Assembly: GCA_002070955.1 (NCBI GenBank)
Contig: MWEK01000012.1
Coordinates: 35,514-99,513, forward strand
From: Planctomycetes bacterium ADurb.Bin069
GTDB lineage: Bacteria; Planctomycetota; UBA8108; UBA8890; UBA8898
DNA length: 64,000 nucleotides
Direction of reading: 5' to 3'
The notes below the pieces were generated by a model. That model was not told the origin of the DNA and ran no database searches. It saw only the letters and a list, made by a program, of their open reading frames with translations. The translations under genes and the position numbers were made by a program. The stretch's first letter is position 1. Each line of letters starts with the position of its first letter. Positions 63,863-64,000 of the stretch are shown one piece after another.

Positions 63863-64000
63863 TGTCGGAGGGCGGCTTCAAGGAGAGTCCCGTTCTCGGC
63901 GCCCCCATGATCCACGTGGTCCCGCGACGTTGCGCGAGCCCGGCGTGGAGGTGTCCCTCCCGAAAATCCCATCCGCTGCCGAGGTGCGGGTCGGCAGAAC

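Overview
This is a high-GC (about 68-70% for the first ~54.7 kb) bacterial chromosomal window with roughly 46 protein-coding genes. I see no rRNA, tRNA, CRISPR array or recognisable IS/transposase. The secretome (DUF1080, DUF2961, Gfo/Idh/MocA with a Tat signal, FG-GAP and dockerin-like modules) suggests a PVC-type or candidate-phylum bacterium. 

The centrepiece, at 4.5-25.3 kb, is an [FeFe]-hydrogenase locus:
- On the minus strand there is one operon: rex-hydC-hydB-hydA-REC-nfnAB. This is a HydABC-type, presumably electron-bifurcating hydrogenase. Its NuoF-like HydB subunit is fused to a GltD-like NAD(P)H module. A single-polypeptide NfnAB-like transhydrogenase and an orphan receiver-domain gene lie downstream.
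- On the plus strand, divergent from it, a second rex paralog is followed by a putative sensory [FeFe]-hydrogenase fused to a histidine kinase, then a hybrid receiver-histidine kinase, then the maturase hydG. hydF lies about 5 kb away, and hydE is not in the window.
- The rex/rex intergenic region carries one near-perfect and one degenerate Rex operator.

The remaining genes are secreted or carbohydrate-active candidates (two DUF2961/GH172-like paralogs, a DUF1080-SGNH fusion, a QW-repeat protein, a 1133-aa unknown), housekeeping genes (gpmI, xth, asnS), two B12-binding radical SAM enzymes, an NtrBC-type sigma-54 two-component pair, a MoxR ATPase with an unknown partner, a repeat-rich secreted protein encoded by 60-nt tandem repeats, and dockerin-like and FG-GAP proteins. 

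The last ~9 kb (from about 54.7 kb) drops in GC, to roughly 52-56% in places. It contains a 13-nt poly-G tract upstream of a small Cys-rich secreted protein, which suggests a horizontally acquired and possibly phase-variable segment. 

All calls are from reading the translations and sequence. No database search was possible.
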